A stretch of DNA of 64,000 nt from Promethearchaeota archaeon. Its GTDB lineage: Archaea > Asgardarchaeota > Lokiarchaeia > Sigyniarchaeales > SOKP01. Made by a program: the position numbers and the translations under genes. Positions within the stretch are counted from its first letter, which is position 1, and each line of letters starts with the position of its first letter. The stretch spans positions 480,001-544,000 of the forward strand of contig JAHPZA010000010.1 of assembly GCA_019058445.1 (NCBI GenBank). The letters are read 5' to 3'. The notes below the pieces were generated by a model that was not told where the DNA came from, ran no database searches, and worked only from the letters and a program-made list of their open reading frames with translations. This document shows, one piece after another, positions 8,992-19,084 of this stretch.

Positions 8992-10461
8992 TTATTTTAC
9001 CTTTCTTAGTTTTTTATAACCGCCAATTATAAGTGGTGGAGCTCTTTCAGCTTCATAGCTCTTTCCATCGGGATACGAGGGTTGAGTAGTATCTTTAAAG
9101 AGTGTCCCACAACCGAAAAAGGACCTGCCAGGATATTCAAAAAATTTTAAAATTCTCCCTGGAATCTTTTGGAGTGCTTTCGCTAGAGTTATATAAACAG
9201 AAACATCCTTATACAACTGAATAGGATCAATTTTATCCCAAGTATCCTCTGTAGTGAGCATTAAATCACTCATAACTTGCATACACATGCATGGAACTCC
9301 GATATTATCAAATGGTCCCATTTCGCATAATGTCCATATCCGATTTATAGGAAGTACAAACGGCATTCTTCTATTTTTTAGCATTGAAAAATAGGTTAGA
9401 ATATAGATTATAAAATTATCTGATGTCAAACCTAATCTCATGGGAAACTTTTTTCTGCTAATTTTTTTACGTTCTACATAAATTGGGGCAGATATATGGT
9501 CCATCCATAGCATAGCTACCAAATTTGGCATAAAATCTTTATATTTTTCTATAAAACAAAGCGAAGATATATTGCAATTCAACCACACATGAGAGCCTGA
9601 AAATAAAAAGAGCATAGTCTTAGGTCTCTTTTTTATAGGGAGTTCTGAGAATTTACGGGCTAGTTCAAGTTCTCCGACAACTCCTACAGTATCACATATA
9701 GCCCCATCAAATGTAGAACAATAATGGGAATCAATTACTATCGTTTCCTTTTTGAGGCCAGGTAGGAGTCCTACAACAGTCCATACAGTGGAAACCTTTC
9801 TCTTTCCGTTAATATGTAATTGAGCTTTTACTTCTCCTTTTGAAAGCAGATCTTTGACGCATAGCGCATCTTTTCTACCAATATGGAGTACAGGCAACAT
9901 AAATTGTCTATCTTCTCCAATTTCTGCTGGTCCCGGAATATTACTTCCACCAGTAGGATTAATCCCAGGTTCAAGTATTTTAAGTGAATTTCCTGGAGTA
10001 TCTAAGAAATATCCCACCATACCTGCTGCTCCATGTGTCCAAGCAAGGTCATAAGAAGCGAGCAGTGGATATCGTTTTTTAAATCCACAAGGCCCTTCAT
10101 GGTCAGTTAATTTTCCCCAATTTATTAAAACAATTTTTCCTTTCACATCTTTCCCTTTATAATCTTTATTAGTTCCTCTACCCACATCAATTAACTCTGC
10201 GTTTACCGTTCCAAATCCCACATTATTCTGAGGACTTGAGATCATAATTTTCTTTTCTGGTGATTCTATACGAAATTCCCAATCTTGGTGAAATACACCA
10301 TTAAAATTAATAGGTTCGAGCCATGTCTTCAGACCAAAAATCCGTAATTTTTCAACAATAAGATCTCTAACTTTATCTATATTATTTGTTCCCGGAATTC
10401 TAGGAGAAAATTTAGATATTTCTCTACCCCATTGATACATATCATTTCTCAAACTATCCAT
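8992..10461 (-). CDS. PA-domain M28-like peptidase, possibly with degenerate metal site
   Basis: PR.PGT N-terminus, PA domain (DVGRG..DY.GKDVKGKIVL), IVIDSHY. Canonical D/EE ligands look altered (SHYCS, SGSHVW). Confidence 0.65.
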   Translation of the reverse strand: MDSLRNDMYQWGREISKFSPRIPGTNNIDKVRDLIVEKLRIFGLKTWLEPINFNGVFHQDWEFRIESPEKKIMISSPQNNVGFGTVNAELIDVGRGTNKDYKGKDVKGKIVLINWGKLTDHEGPCGFKKRYPLLASYDLAWTHGAAGMVGYFLDTPGNSLKILEPGINPTGGSNIPGPAEIGEDRQFMLPVLHIGRKDALCVKDLLSKGEVKAQLHINGKRKVSTVWTVVGLLPGLKKETIVIDSHYCSTFDGAICDTVGVVGELELARKFSELPIKKRPKTMLFLFSGSHVWLNCNISSLCFIEKYKDFMPNLVAMLWMDHISAPIYVERKKISRKKFPMRLGLTSDNFIIYILTYFSMLKNRRMPFVLPINRIWTLCEMGPFDNIGVPCMCMQVMSDLMLTTEDTWDKIDPIQLYKDVSVYITLAKALQKIPGRILKFFEYPGRSFFGCGTLFKDTTQPSYPDGKSYEAERAPPLIIGGYKKLRKVK

Positions 10462-10681
10462 GATTAACTGCCTTGCTTTTAAGTTTTTTATTTTTTTGTT
10501 TATTATAGGTTTTGTTAAAAGTAAATATAATATTAATAAAGTGAAGAAAACAAAATTGATAAAAAATATTAATTTACCCTTTTAAAACTTAAATTGAAAG
10601 AAGGTTTGAGATAAGTAAATAAGAAAAATATAGAAAAAAAATAATAATAATTTAAGTTATATTAGCGACCACGCTATCTTT

Positions 10682-10900
10682 CTATTTATATTTAATAGAA
10701 AGTAAAAGATCATTCTTAGTAATTTTCTTTCTGTTCGCATGCATGGTAAAGGCTCGAGCTTGTTCAGTTAATCCAGTTGCTGTTTTTTCAAGATGATCAA
10801 TTAGCAGATTTACTGCGTTTCGAGCGACGATTGACGCGCCTTGTTGTTTCATAAGCCTTCGAATTGGGCTCCATGCGAATGCATGTTTCTTTTTAGCCAT
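10682..10900 (-). CDS. Archaeal histone
   Basis: PIRRLMK..GA..V...A, HANRKKITKND histone-fold signature; GGAGG SD upstream. Confidence 0.93.
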   Translation of the reverse strand: MAKKKHAFAWSPIRRLMKQQGASIVARNAVNLLIDHLEKTATGLTEQARAFTMHANRKKITKNDLLLSIKYK

Positions 10901-11603
10901 TTTTTATTCCTCCATCCACAAATTTTTTAAAGTTTTTATTTTTAATTTTTTTTTAATTTATTTTAAAGTGTTCTTAGTTATTAATATAATCGAAGCTGTA
11001 TTTAAACTTATTGGAGAATGAGTAAATTCACACGAAGTTAAATCAAAAAAATATTGACAATATTCTTTATATCCACTCAAGTTTATAAATATTCTTATGA
11101 TTATGGATATGATCATATTACAAAATTTGAATTAGATTTTTTATAATAAAAATAATTGATATTTGGAAGTTGGTAAAATTGTATTCTTATTTTATTTCAT
11201 TAATATTTTATGGAGAATTAAAAAATTTTAAATAAAAACTTTTAATCCCGAATCTATGTTAAAGACTTAAATACCCGGTATATAAATTTATGTGATAAAT
11301 TAGATAATTAGTATAAATAGTTTTCAAAATTAGAATAAGGATAATCATAGTAACTCAATCATATACGAACGTATAAATTACATGATATATTAATTTAGAA
11401 CCAAAAATAAGTTTTAATTTAGAGATTTATATCATTAATTCGATATTATACATGATTAAAGGTATATTATAAAGTAATTTTGACTATATATTGCCAGAGT
11501 TACAATGAAATTATAAATTAAAACAAAAATTTTAATTAAGCTTAATATCTTTAATCTATTAAATAATTCAATAAACCAAGTATTATCAGAAAAGGTAGAA
11601 AAA

Positions 11604-12224
11604 ATGGCACAACAAATTATGGTTCCAGGTGCGTGTGGAGTAGCAATAAAGTGTAAAGATGGAGTTGTTCTTGGAAATGATCGAAGAGCGACTTGGGGGT
11701 ATACTGTTACGAATAAATCTACAAGAAAGGTATTTAAAATAACAGACCACATAGGACTCACAGCATACGGATTAATTGGGGACTTTCAGTTATTAGTTAA
11801 AATTTTAAGAGCTCAAGCGAATCTATATGAATTAGATGCAGGGGAAAGAATTTCCACTAAGAGTATGGGAAAATTGGTTTCTAATTACCTCTACTCCAGA
11901 AAAATGTACCCCTTATATACAAACTTAGTTATCGCTGGAATGGAAATAGATGGTATCCCTTCCCTATATACTTTGGATGCCATAGGTTCTTTAATGCCTG
12001 ATGATTATGGCACTGCCGGAACCGGGATGCTATTATCAATTGGAATTTTAGAAGCGGAATATAAGCCTGATATAACTGTTGCGGAGGGTGAAAAATTGGT
12101 GGAAAAGACAATCAGAAATTCAATAACGAGGGATGCGATGAGCGGAAATGGTATAGACATTTTGACTATTACTAAAGATGGTGCCAAAGAAAAGTATATC
12201 GATATTAACGAATTAGGAGAATAA
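11604..12224 (+). CDS. psmB: Proteasome beta subunit, non-catalytic type
   Basis: DGVVLG.DRRAT, RKVF.I.DHIG, G..GDFQ, RDAMSG; the G-T1-T motif reads G-A-C. Confidence 0.92.
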   Translation: MAQQIMVPGACGVAIKCKDGVVLGNDRRATWGYTVTNKSTRKVFKITDHIGLTAYGLIGDFQLLVKILRAQANLYELDAGERISTKSMGKLVSNYLYSRKMYPLYTNLVIAGMEIDGIPSLYTLDAIGSLMPDDYGTAGTGMLLSIGILEAEYKPDITVAEGEKLVEKTIRNSITRDAMSGNGIDILTITKDGAKEKYIDINELGE

Positions 12225-12283
12225 TTAGGTAATTCACTCTTTTTAATAATTAGGTTTAAAAAATTTCATTTTGATTTGGCTTT

Positions 12284-14371
12284 TTGAATGGTGCTTTTAA
12301 TTTGAGATTAATTAATAACAATTTTAACGATATTGAAGAAATAAACGGATTTTCGAAAGAAGAATTAATTGATATTAAAAGAAAACTAACAAAATTAAAC
12401 TTAGATAAAGCGGATCAAACAGAAATTGAAGGATATCTCTCTGAGAAATTTTCAAGTGAAATAATTGAGTTTTATTCTAATTATCTGAATGAAATAAAAA
12501 CCTTTATTTTTGAAAATCTATTATCGACAACGGATTCTCAAAATAGAATAAATTTTAATCACTTTCCTCTAAAATCTGGAATTAAAAATGAGATTAAAAA
12601 AATATATAATAATTTATTGAATTTAAAGGTAAATGCTCAAAATACGAAGAGATTTTTAAAGAATAGTGCTTTCCTTGATGAGTTGTTAATAACGATCCAA
12701 GATATCATGAAAGAATATCAGGATTTAACTTCTCAATTAAATGTTCCAGAAAATAGAGTTACGGATATTTATGATAATTATGCCTATATCTGGATTGAAA
12801 TTAATAAATTAAAAAATCAATACTTTAAAATCAATAACTTGACAGAAGATTTAACAAATTGGGATGAGTTCCAAGGGTTTTATGAATGTATTAGAAATAA
12901 TATCATCGAATCTACTAAAAAAAAAGAGCGCAAGAAAAAAAATTTCATCATAACTACCCATTTTAATGATATTTATTCATATTTCAGCAAGTTAAAAGGA
13001 GAAAATCCCGATATCTATACAGATTTAATCGCTTTCTTATACAATATAAATCTAATTGAGGAGTTTAAAGAAAAAATAGAGGATCTTGATGAATATGTAA
13101 ATATTCTTGATAGAAAGGAAATTAAAAATAGAATTAAATCTTTAATGAATCCAATAATTAAAAAGTTAATTGAGGATAAAATAAAAGGAACTTTAAACGA
13201 AATTATTGAATTAGATAAAACTTCCAGATTAGGAGATCAGAAAAAAGACATAAACATAAAGAGGGTTTTAGAACAGAAAATTGGTACGTATTTACCTCAA
13301 ATAATTGATTATTATTTAAAAGGATTAGAAAATAAGTATCAAGCTGCTATTAGTGATTTAAAGGGATATGATGAATTTAAAAATGTGGCAAAATTTTATT
13401 CTGAAAAAATAGATATTCTCAATTCTCAAGTTGAGGAAATAGAAAATTATTTTGCTAATTACACTTTAATTTTAAAACCTTATGAGGATATCATAAATAA
13501 ACATAAGAAAACTCTTTCGAATATAACTTCTGAAATTGAAAGAAGGAAAAATGAATATTTATTTTACCTCAAAACTATAAGAAAGGAAAGATTGAGGGAT
13601 AATATAAGAACATTTATTTTTGAGAAAATAACAGAAGTTAATACTTTAATGAGTAAATATCAAGATGAAACTTCACTGATTGTAAGGGAAGAATTTCCTC
13701 AGCTAAAAAAAATGCAAAATATTCTTAGTGAATACAAAGTAAATATTCAAAAAATAAAAGATGAAGTATATCAAAAAATAGATTCTTTTAAAGAAAAAGA
13801 CATTGATATCTATCAAATTATTAAGCAATGGGAGGATAATTTTACACTTAAAAAACAGCAATTAAGTTTTCTCCTGAGTCTGTTAATAAATAAATTGTTT
13901 AAAAGTTTTAAGGATATGATTGAAGAAGAAAAATTGTTATATGAGCACATTACTGATATTACTAATCAAAACGAGAATTATGATAATCTTCCCTTAAATT
14001 TCGCTATATCAAATCTTTTAGTTGACAAATTAACTGAAGATGAATTAGATGAAAGAATTAACGAGATTCACTCAAAAATTGAAAACCTCAATAAAGAAAT
14101 AGAACTTTACAGAGCAGAACTCTCCAATTTAAAAAGAACTTTAGCAAATAAGGTAAAGATCAGAGAGGGAATAACTAGTGATGATATCCAATGCGGTGTC
14201 TGCCGAAAAAAGTTTGATTTTTCGAAAGATAAAATAATAAAATGTCCGTTTTGCGGTGCTGTATTTCATTATTTATGCGTTGCGTCATGGCTCAGTAAAC
14301 ACAACGCTTGCCCTTCATGTCAGAATACTTTTCTTGATCCAAATGCAGGTATTTATTCTGATCAAGAATAA
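12284..14371 (+). CDS. Coiled-coil protein with C-terminal RING finger (C4HC3), putative E3 ligase
   Basis: C-terminal CGVC-x13-CPFC-x4-H-x2-C-x3-W-x6-CPSC preceded by a long helical/coiled-coil region. Confidence 0.85.
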   Translation: MNGAFNLRLINNNFNDIEEINGFSKEELIDIKRKLTKLNLDKADQTEIEGYLSEKFSSEIIEFYSNYLNEIKTFIFENLLSTTDSQNRINFNHFPLKSGIKNEIKKIYNNLLNLKVNAQNTKRFLKNSAFLDELLITIQDIMKEYQDLTSQLNVPENRVTDIYDNYAYIWIEINKLKNQYFKINNLTEDLTNWDEFQGFYECIRNNIIESTKKKERKKKNFIITTHFNDIYSYFSKLKGENPDIYTDLIAFLYNINLIEEFKEKIEDLDEYVNILDRKEIKNRIKSLMNPIIKKLIEDKIKGTLNEIIELDKTSRLGDQKKDINIKRVLEQKIGTYLPQIIDYYLKGLENKYQAAISDLKGYDEFKNVAKFYSEKIDILNSQVEEIENYFANYTLILKPYEDIINKHKKTLSNITSEIERRKNEYLFYLKTIRKERLRDNIRTFIFEKITEVNTLMSKYQDETSLIVREEFPQLKKMQNILSEYKVNIQKIKDEVYQKIDSFKEKDIDIYQIIKQWEDNFTLKKQQLSFLLSLLINKLFKSFKDMIEEEKLLYEHITDITNQNENYDNLPLNFAISNLLVDKLTEDELDERINEIHSKIENLNKEIELYRAELSNLKRTLANKVKIREGITSDDIQCGVCRKKFDFSKDKIIKCPFCGAVFHYLCVASWLSKHNACPSCQNTFLDPNAGIYSDQE

Positions 14372-14397
14372 GAACTAACTAAAATAAATCAAATAAA

Positions 14398-15588
14398 TCA
14401 ATATTTATATTTTGGAGGTGTTTTACTCTTAATATTATTATGAGGAGTTTTACTTTTAATATGATCTTTTTGTATTGCTTTAAATTTTTTTATCTCTGTG
14501 TCCAATCTCTTTTTTTCTTGCTGCAATTGCGCTTTCTCTTGATCTAATTTCTTTCTTTCGCGTTGTATATTCTTTTTTTCATTATTTATATTATTTTTTT
14601 CTTTTTCTATTCGATTTTTTTCACTCTCATTATAAGATTGAATTTTCTCTTTTTCATGTTGTAATCTTCTTAATTCATTTTTTAAACGTTCGATTTTATT
14701 CTCTAAATCTCGTGCCTTATTTTCTAATGAGCCTTTTCTTTTTTCTAATCCCGGGATTTTATTTCGTATATTTTTTACGAGAGCCTCCTCATTTTTTCTA
14801 TCTCTACCCAACGTCTGTTTTTCTCTGTTAATTTCATTTTTCAAGCTTTCTAACTCAATAGTTTTCTTTTTCATATCTTTTAATTTCTTATTGAGATCAT
14901 CGGTTTTTTTCCTAAGATTTTCTCTAGCATCTTTAAGTTTTTTCTTTTCGGCATTAATTAGAGCTTGGCTATTTATTACTTCTTTACGTATACTATCTAA
15001 TTCGTTTTTTAAACGGTTTCTATCATTTGAAAGGTGATCAATTTCAGTTGTTAAATTATCTACTTCTTTCTCTAGTTTAAATTTCTTGTTTTCCAGATCA
15101 TTTCCTCTTTTTTCTAACCCAGGGATTTTAGTTTTTATTTCTGTTAATTGCTTTCCTCTTTTTTGCTTTTCAAAATCCCAATCCTTTTTCTCATTATTAA
15201 TATCATCTCTTACCTTGTTTAACTCATCTCTTTGCTTATTAATTTCATTTATGATATTAGCATATTCCTGTTTCTTTCCTTGAATTTTTTTATTTCCATC
15301 ATTGATTATTTTTTTAATATTATCTAATTCGTTAGCTAATTGATCCTTTTCATAAATTAATTCCTTAATTTCATTTTCTCTTTCCTTTCTTTTTCTTTCT
15401 AAATCTTTAATCGCTTCTTGATATCCTTGTATTTTACTAACTATATTTTCCCATTCCCTACGTTCTTCTTCCAATTTTTGGCGCTCGAACTTAATTTTTT
15501 TGAGCAAAGTTTTATCAGCAGTTAATATTTCTTCTTTCTCAGGAGTTTTTTCTTGGATTTGATACTTAGGAGGTTTGTTATTCTTCAT
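14398..15588 (-). CDS. Long coiled-coil protein with internal duplication
   Basis: K/E-rich heptads; KIPGLEKR...LENK occurs twice; PPKY at both termini. Confidence 0.8.
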   Translation of the reverse strand: MKNNKPPKYQIQEKTPEKEEILTADKTLLKKIKFERQKLEEERREWENIVSKIQGYQEAIKDLERKRKERENEIKELIYEKDQLANELDNIKKIINDGNKKIQGKKQEYANIINEINKQRDELNKVRDDINNEKKDWDFEKQKRGKQLTEIKTKIPGLEKRGNDLENKKFKLEKEVDNLTTEIDHLSNDRNRLKNELDSIRKEVINSQALINAEKKKLKDARENLRKKTDDLNKKLKDMKKKTIELESLKNEINREKQTLGRDRKNEEALVKNIRNKIPGLEKRKGSLENKARDLENKIERLKNELRRLQHEKEKIQSYNESEKNRIEKEKNNINNEKKNIQRERKKLDQEKAQLQQEKKRLDTEIKKFKAIQKDHIKSKTPHNNIKSKTPPKYKY

Positions 15589-15797
15589 TTGTTTTTATTC
15601 CTTAAAGATATATTTATTAATATAAATTCTAATTTATTATATCAAGGTACTCGATATATTTATAAAAGATACAGTCAAAACTAAATAATTATAATAAATG
15701 ACTTTATTTATATAGTCGAGCTCTTATTATTTATATACTAGTATAAATATAAATAGGTATTTTATAGCTAAAATAAAGAAAAAAAAGGTTGATTATT

Positions 15798-16139
15798 ATG
15801 GGTTTTGATGATGAATTTGATGAGGATTTAGGAGAACCTGAGGAAAAGACCCCTATGAAGTCTAAAACTCCATCGACTCCCCCAGCAGGGGGAAAGAAGA
15901 TGAATCTCTACTTTACATCTACAATTGGACCTGGTGAGAAGCGACAGAAATTATTAGTTGATGACGGTAATACCGTCGGTGCTGTTAAACAGACAATTGG
16001 CAATATTTTTGGATTAGATCCAGCAGATTTTCATTTATCTTCGGGAGGAGTTACAATGGATGATAGCTCTCCTTTAAGCTCATATAATGTAAATGATGGC
16101 GATGAAGTACTTTTAATACCAGCAAGTACTGCTGGTTAG
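15798..16139 (+). CDS. Ubiquitin-like protein with acidic/Pro-rich N-terminal extension, C-terminus -STAG
   Basis: Beta-grasp pattern (TVGAVKQTIG..FG.....HL...G..MDD...LSSYNVNDGDEVLLI) ending PASTAG-stop; first gene of the E1-E2-JAMM cluster. ATG 15798 preferred to TTG 15789. Confidence 0.9.
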   Translation: MGFDDEFDEDLGEPEEKTPMKSKTPSTPPAGGKKMNLYFTSTIGPGEKRQKLLVDDGNTVGAVKQTIGNIFGLDPADFHLSSGGVTMDDSSPLSSYNVNDGDEVLLIPASTAG

Positions 16140-16186
16140 TTTAGTTATGAAAATTAGATTAATGATATCTAATAAAAAACTCTACA

Positions 16187-16201
16187 TTTTTTTTTATTTT
16201 T
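16187..16201 (+). terminator. Oligo-T tract after the Ubl gene
   Basis: T9-A-T5 run, typical of archaeal intrinsic termination. A TATA-like TTTTATATATATAAAA follows at 16224-16239, before E1. Confidence 0.4.
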
Positions 16202-16256
16202 AAATATATTTTTAAATTAAGATTTTTATATATATAAAAGGTTAAGATAAGATTAG

Positions 16257-17489
16257 GTGGAAGATTTGGAAGAGGATTCTAATTTTTTTAGTAAAGAATT
16301 AACACCAGACGAGAGAGATCTGTATGATCGTCAGTTTAGATTGGAAGGATGGGATCAAAAACTAATTAAAAATTCACGAGTATTGATAGCGGGGGTAGGA
16401 GGATTAGGTTGTGAAATTGCTAAGAATTTGGCTATGTTGGGAGTGGGTCATCTTGACTTAGTAGATTTAGATATAATAGAACATTCGAATTTGAATCGAC
16501 AAATCCTCTTTACTGAGGCAAAAATGGGTGAGGCAAAAGCTGTAGTTGCCGCGAGAAAATTAACACAAATTAATCCAAACATTACAATTAAAGGTTATCA
16601 CAGTTCATTAGAAAGGCTCGATCCTGCGATTTATAAAGCAGCTGATGTTATTATCGGAGGTTTAGATTCGATGAATGCGAGACTTAATTTAAATGCTCAG
16701 TGTGTACGATTTAAAAAACCGCTTATCGATGGAGGTGTTGCGGGGTATAATGGACATATCTATACAGTTTACCCTTACGAAAACGCCTGTTATGAATGTG
16801 ATCCGCTTCCAGTTGCAGATATGGATGAAATGGCCGCATGCACTGTAGTGGGTGTCCCTAGAAAACGGGTTCACTGTATTTTTAAGGCAAATATGCTTTT
16901 CAAGGATGAAAATGATAGAGATCCTGATCCAAAAAATATAGAAGATGTAAATTTAATTCAAAATGAAGCAAACAAATTTGCTCAGAAACATAATTTTTTA
17001 CCGCTATTTTCAAAAGCAGATATTATTAAAATCATAGATAGACATGATCCTGGGATAATTACGATAAATTCAATTATATCTGCACTTCAATCGCATGAAA
17101 CCATCAAGGTTTTGCATTGGTTGAAAGGAAATAACGCGTTGGGAGAGCCTATCAAGTCCTATATTATTTTTAATGGAATGACCATGAAATTTTTCCCTAT
17201 TGAAAAGAAAAGAAATTTACAATGTCTCCAATGTGGTGACGAGGTACGGAGGGTAGTAATTGAAATTAATCGCAATACCAGTTGTGAGAAAATTGTAAAT
17301 AAGTTAGAAAAGATGGGATTTAATAAAAATCCGGAAATGGAGCCAACTTTAACAATAATGGACTTCAATAATATAAATATAATAGATACTGATCTTACGC
17401 CTATTGAAAATGATTTAAGAGATTTAGAATTGATAACAGCCGTAGGTTTTGATGGGGGAGAAATTTTTATAACTCTAAAAATCGTATAA
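16257..17489 (+). CDS. Ubiquitin-like activating enzyme E1 (UBA2/UBA3-like)
   Basis: YDRQ, GVGGLG, DLDIIEHSNLNRQ, CYEC and CLQC Zn sites, catalytic ACTVVGVPR...HC, PGIITIN, C-terminal ~80-aa UFD-like domain. Confidence 0.93.
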   Translation: MEDLEEDSNFFSKELTPDERDLYDRQFRLEGWDQKLIKNSRVLIAGVGGLGCEIAKNLAMLGVGHLDLVDLDIIEHSNLNRQILFTEAKMGEAKAVVAARKLTQINPNITIKGYHSSLERLDPAIYKAADVIIGGLDSMNARLNLNAQCVRFKKPLIDGGVAGYNGHIYTVYPYENACYECDPLPVADMDEMAACTVVGVPRKRVHCIFKANMLFKDENDRDPDPKNIEDVNLIQNEANKFAQKHNFLPLFSKADIIKIIDRHDPGIITINSIISALQSHETIKVLHWLKGNNALGEPIKSYIIFNGMTMKFFPIEKKRNLQCLQCGDEVRRVVIEINRNTSCEKIVNKLEKMGFNKNPEMEPTLTIMDFNNINIIDTDLTPIENDLRDLELITAVGFDGGEIFITLKIV

Positions 17490-17591
17490 ATTTTATTTAA
17501 ATTTCTTGTTTTAATTTAATTTATAATTGGTTATTATTATATTATATTCATAAGAAAATTAATAAAAAAATCAGAGGTTTGATAAAATAAA

Positions 17592-18119
17592 ATGAGTTTA
17601 AGAAGTAGTCGAGTTTCTCAGGATTTTGCTTCGCTTAAAAAGTTACTTAAGGATGGAACCATCGCTCAACTAAAACCTTTTAATCCAAAACAGAAAAGTA
17701 TTGATCATTTAGCTGTCCTGCTTAAAGGTCCTAAGGGGACCGCTTATCAAGGAGGAGTATTTAAACTGGAAATCAAATATCCCCCTACGTATCCCAGACA
17801 TCCACCATTCGTTCGCTTACATACTCCTATTTGGCATCCTAATTTTTGGCCAAAACCTTCTGAGTATCCTGGTCAGCGAAATATTTGTCTAGCGCTCGTA
17901 GATCCGAGTTTAGTAGGGAAAAAAGGAGGTTGGAGCCCATCAAAAACAATTGTCACTGTAATACAAGCAATTACAGCAATGTTTAATACGCGAGGTTTAT
18001 TCATTAATCCTACTGATGTATTTAACAAAAAAGCAGCTCTCGAAATGATGAATGATCGCAAAAATTTTGAGAAAAAGGTAAAGCATTTAGTTAAGAAGTA
18101 TGCTAATCAAAAATGGTGA
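17592..18119 (+). CDS. Ubiquitin-conjugating enzyme E2 (UBC)
   Basis: GPKGTAYQGGVF, YP..PP.V...TPIWHPN, catalytic ICL, WSP. Confidence 0.95.
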   Translation: MSLRSSRVSQDFASLKKLLKDGTIAQLKPFNPKQKSIDHLAVLLKGPKGTAYQGGVFKLEIKYPPTYPRHPPFVRLHTPIWHPNFWPKPSEYPGQRNICLALVDPSLVGKKGGWSPSKTIVTVIQAITAMFNTRGLFINPTDVFNKKAALEMMNDRKNFEKKVKHLVKKYANQKW

Positions 18120-18940
18120 ATAGAAAAATGGAAAATGAAAAATCTGATGAAGATGCCATTAAAGAGGCCATAAAAAAGAGAATTAAAAATAAAATTAAGA
18201 AAGAACTATTGGAAGAAATCTATAATGAATTAAAGTTGGAGGAAGATGAATTAGCCGATGAGATTTCTTCATCACTTAGTAAAAATACAAAGAAAATTCC
18301 TACAGAATTACCCCTTTCCACAGAGATAATAAATGATATTAAAACTGAAGAAGTTGCGCCAAAAGATTTAGAAGATGATAAAACAGTAACTATATCAGTG
18401 AAGGCTATTCTCAAAATTGCCAGCCATGCACTGAAATATGCAAATCCAAATATTTCAAAAGATAAATGGGTTGAAGTCATTGGACTTTTGGCAGGTAAGC
18501 AGTATAATTACGGGCCTAAACTCCATATTGAAGATGCTTACCCTATGGGGCACGGCACTGCTGTTTATGCGGAAATTAAAGATTATAAAAATTTTGTAAG
18601 AGCGTTCAATGATATTAAGAAAAAGAAATTATTTATCTGTGGATGGTATCACTCTCATCCGTCATACGGAACATGGATGAGTGATGAAGATATTGGGACT
18701 CAAGCACGATATCAGAAGTTATGGGATAAAGCAATCGCACTTGTGGTTGATCCTTATCAAATTGATGGGACTTCATTAGGTTTTGATATTTTCAGAGCTA
18801 ATTTAAACACGAAAAAGTGGTTTTCTATACCATTTAGCGTCGAGGGTTCGCTTGATGTAAGATTATTACCTGAAATTTTAAATTTTATGAATCCTATAAT
18901 CGAGGGAAAGGCAGCATATCTCGAATATGATGAAGATTGA
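18113..18940 (+). CDS. JAMM/MPN+ metalloprotease (CSN5/Rpn11-like)
   Basis: EVIGLL.G, GWYHSHP.YG.WMS..D..TQ, ALVVDP; ~90-aa charged N-terminal extension. Confidence 0.94.
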   Translation: MVNRKMENEKSDEDAIKEAIKKRIKNKIKKELLEEIYNELKLEEDELADEISSSLSKNTKKIPTELPLSTEIINDIKTEEVAPKDLEDDKTVTISVKAILKIASHALKYANPNISKDKWVEVIGLLAGKQYNYGPKLHIEDAYPMGHGTAVYAEIKDYKNFVRAFNDIKKKKLFICGWYHSHPSYGTWMSDEDIGTQARYQKLWDKAIALVVDPYQIDGTSLGFDIFRANLNTKKWFSIPFSVEGSLDVRLLPEILNFMNPIIEGKAAYLEYDED

Positions 18941-19084
18941 TTTTAAAGTAGCAACTAGGAATTTGGTGAGCATTTTATCGCGGTTAAAAAACAGAATCTT
19001 ATCATCTTATTAATTTTTTTTGGTATCGGTGTATTTCACGGTGTATTAATTTCAAATTCATTAAATAATTTTTTTTCTTGGTTA

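Noticed and set aside
10901-11603. 700-bp AT-rich gap between histone and psmB as a replication origin or ncRNA
   Set aside because: No ORB-like repeats, no cdc6/orc1 neighbour and no convincing structure; consistent with divergent promoters.
15798-16139. Calling the Ubl UFM1 or a SAMP/MoaD sulfur carrier
   Set aside because: The single terminal Gly recalls UFM1, but the E1 and E2 are not UBA5/UFC1-like. The lack of GG and the presence of E2 and RING argue against a sulfur carrier.
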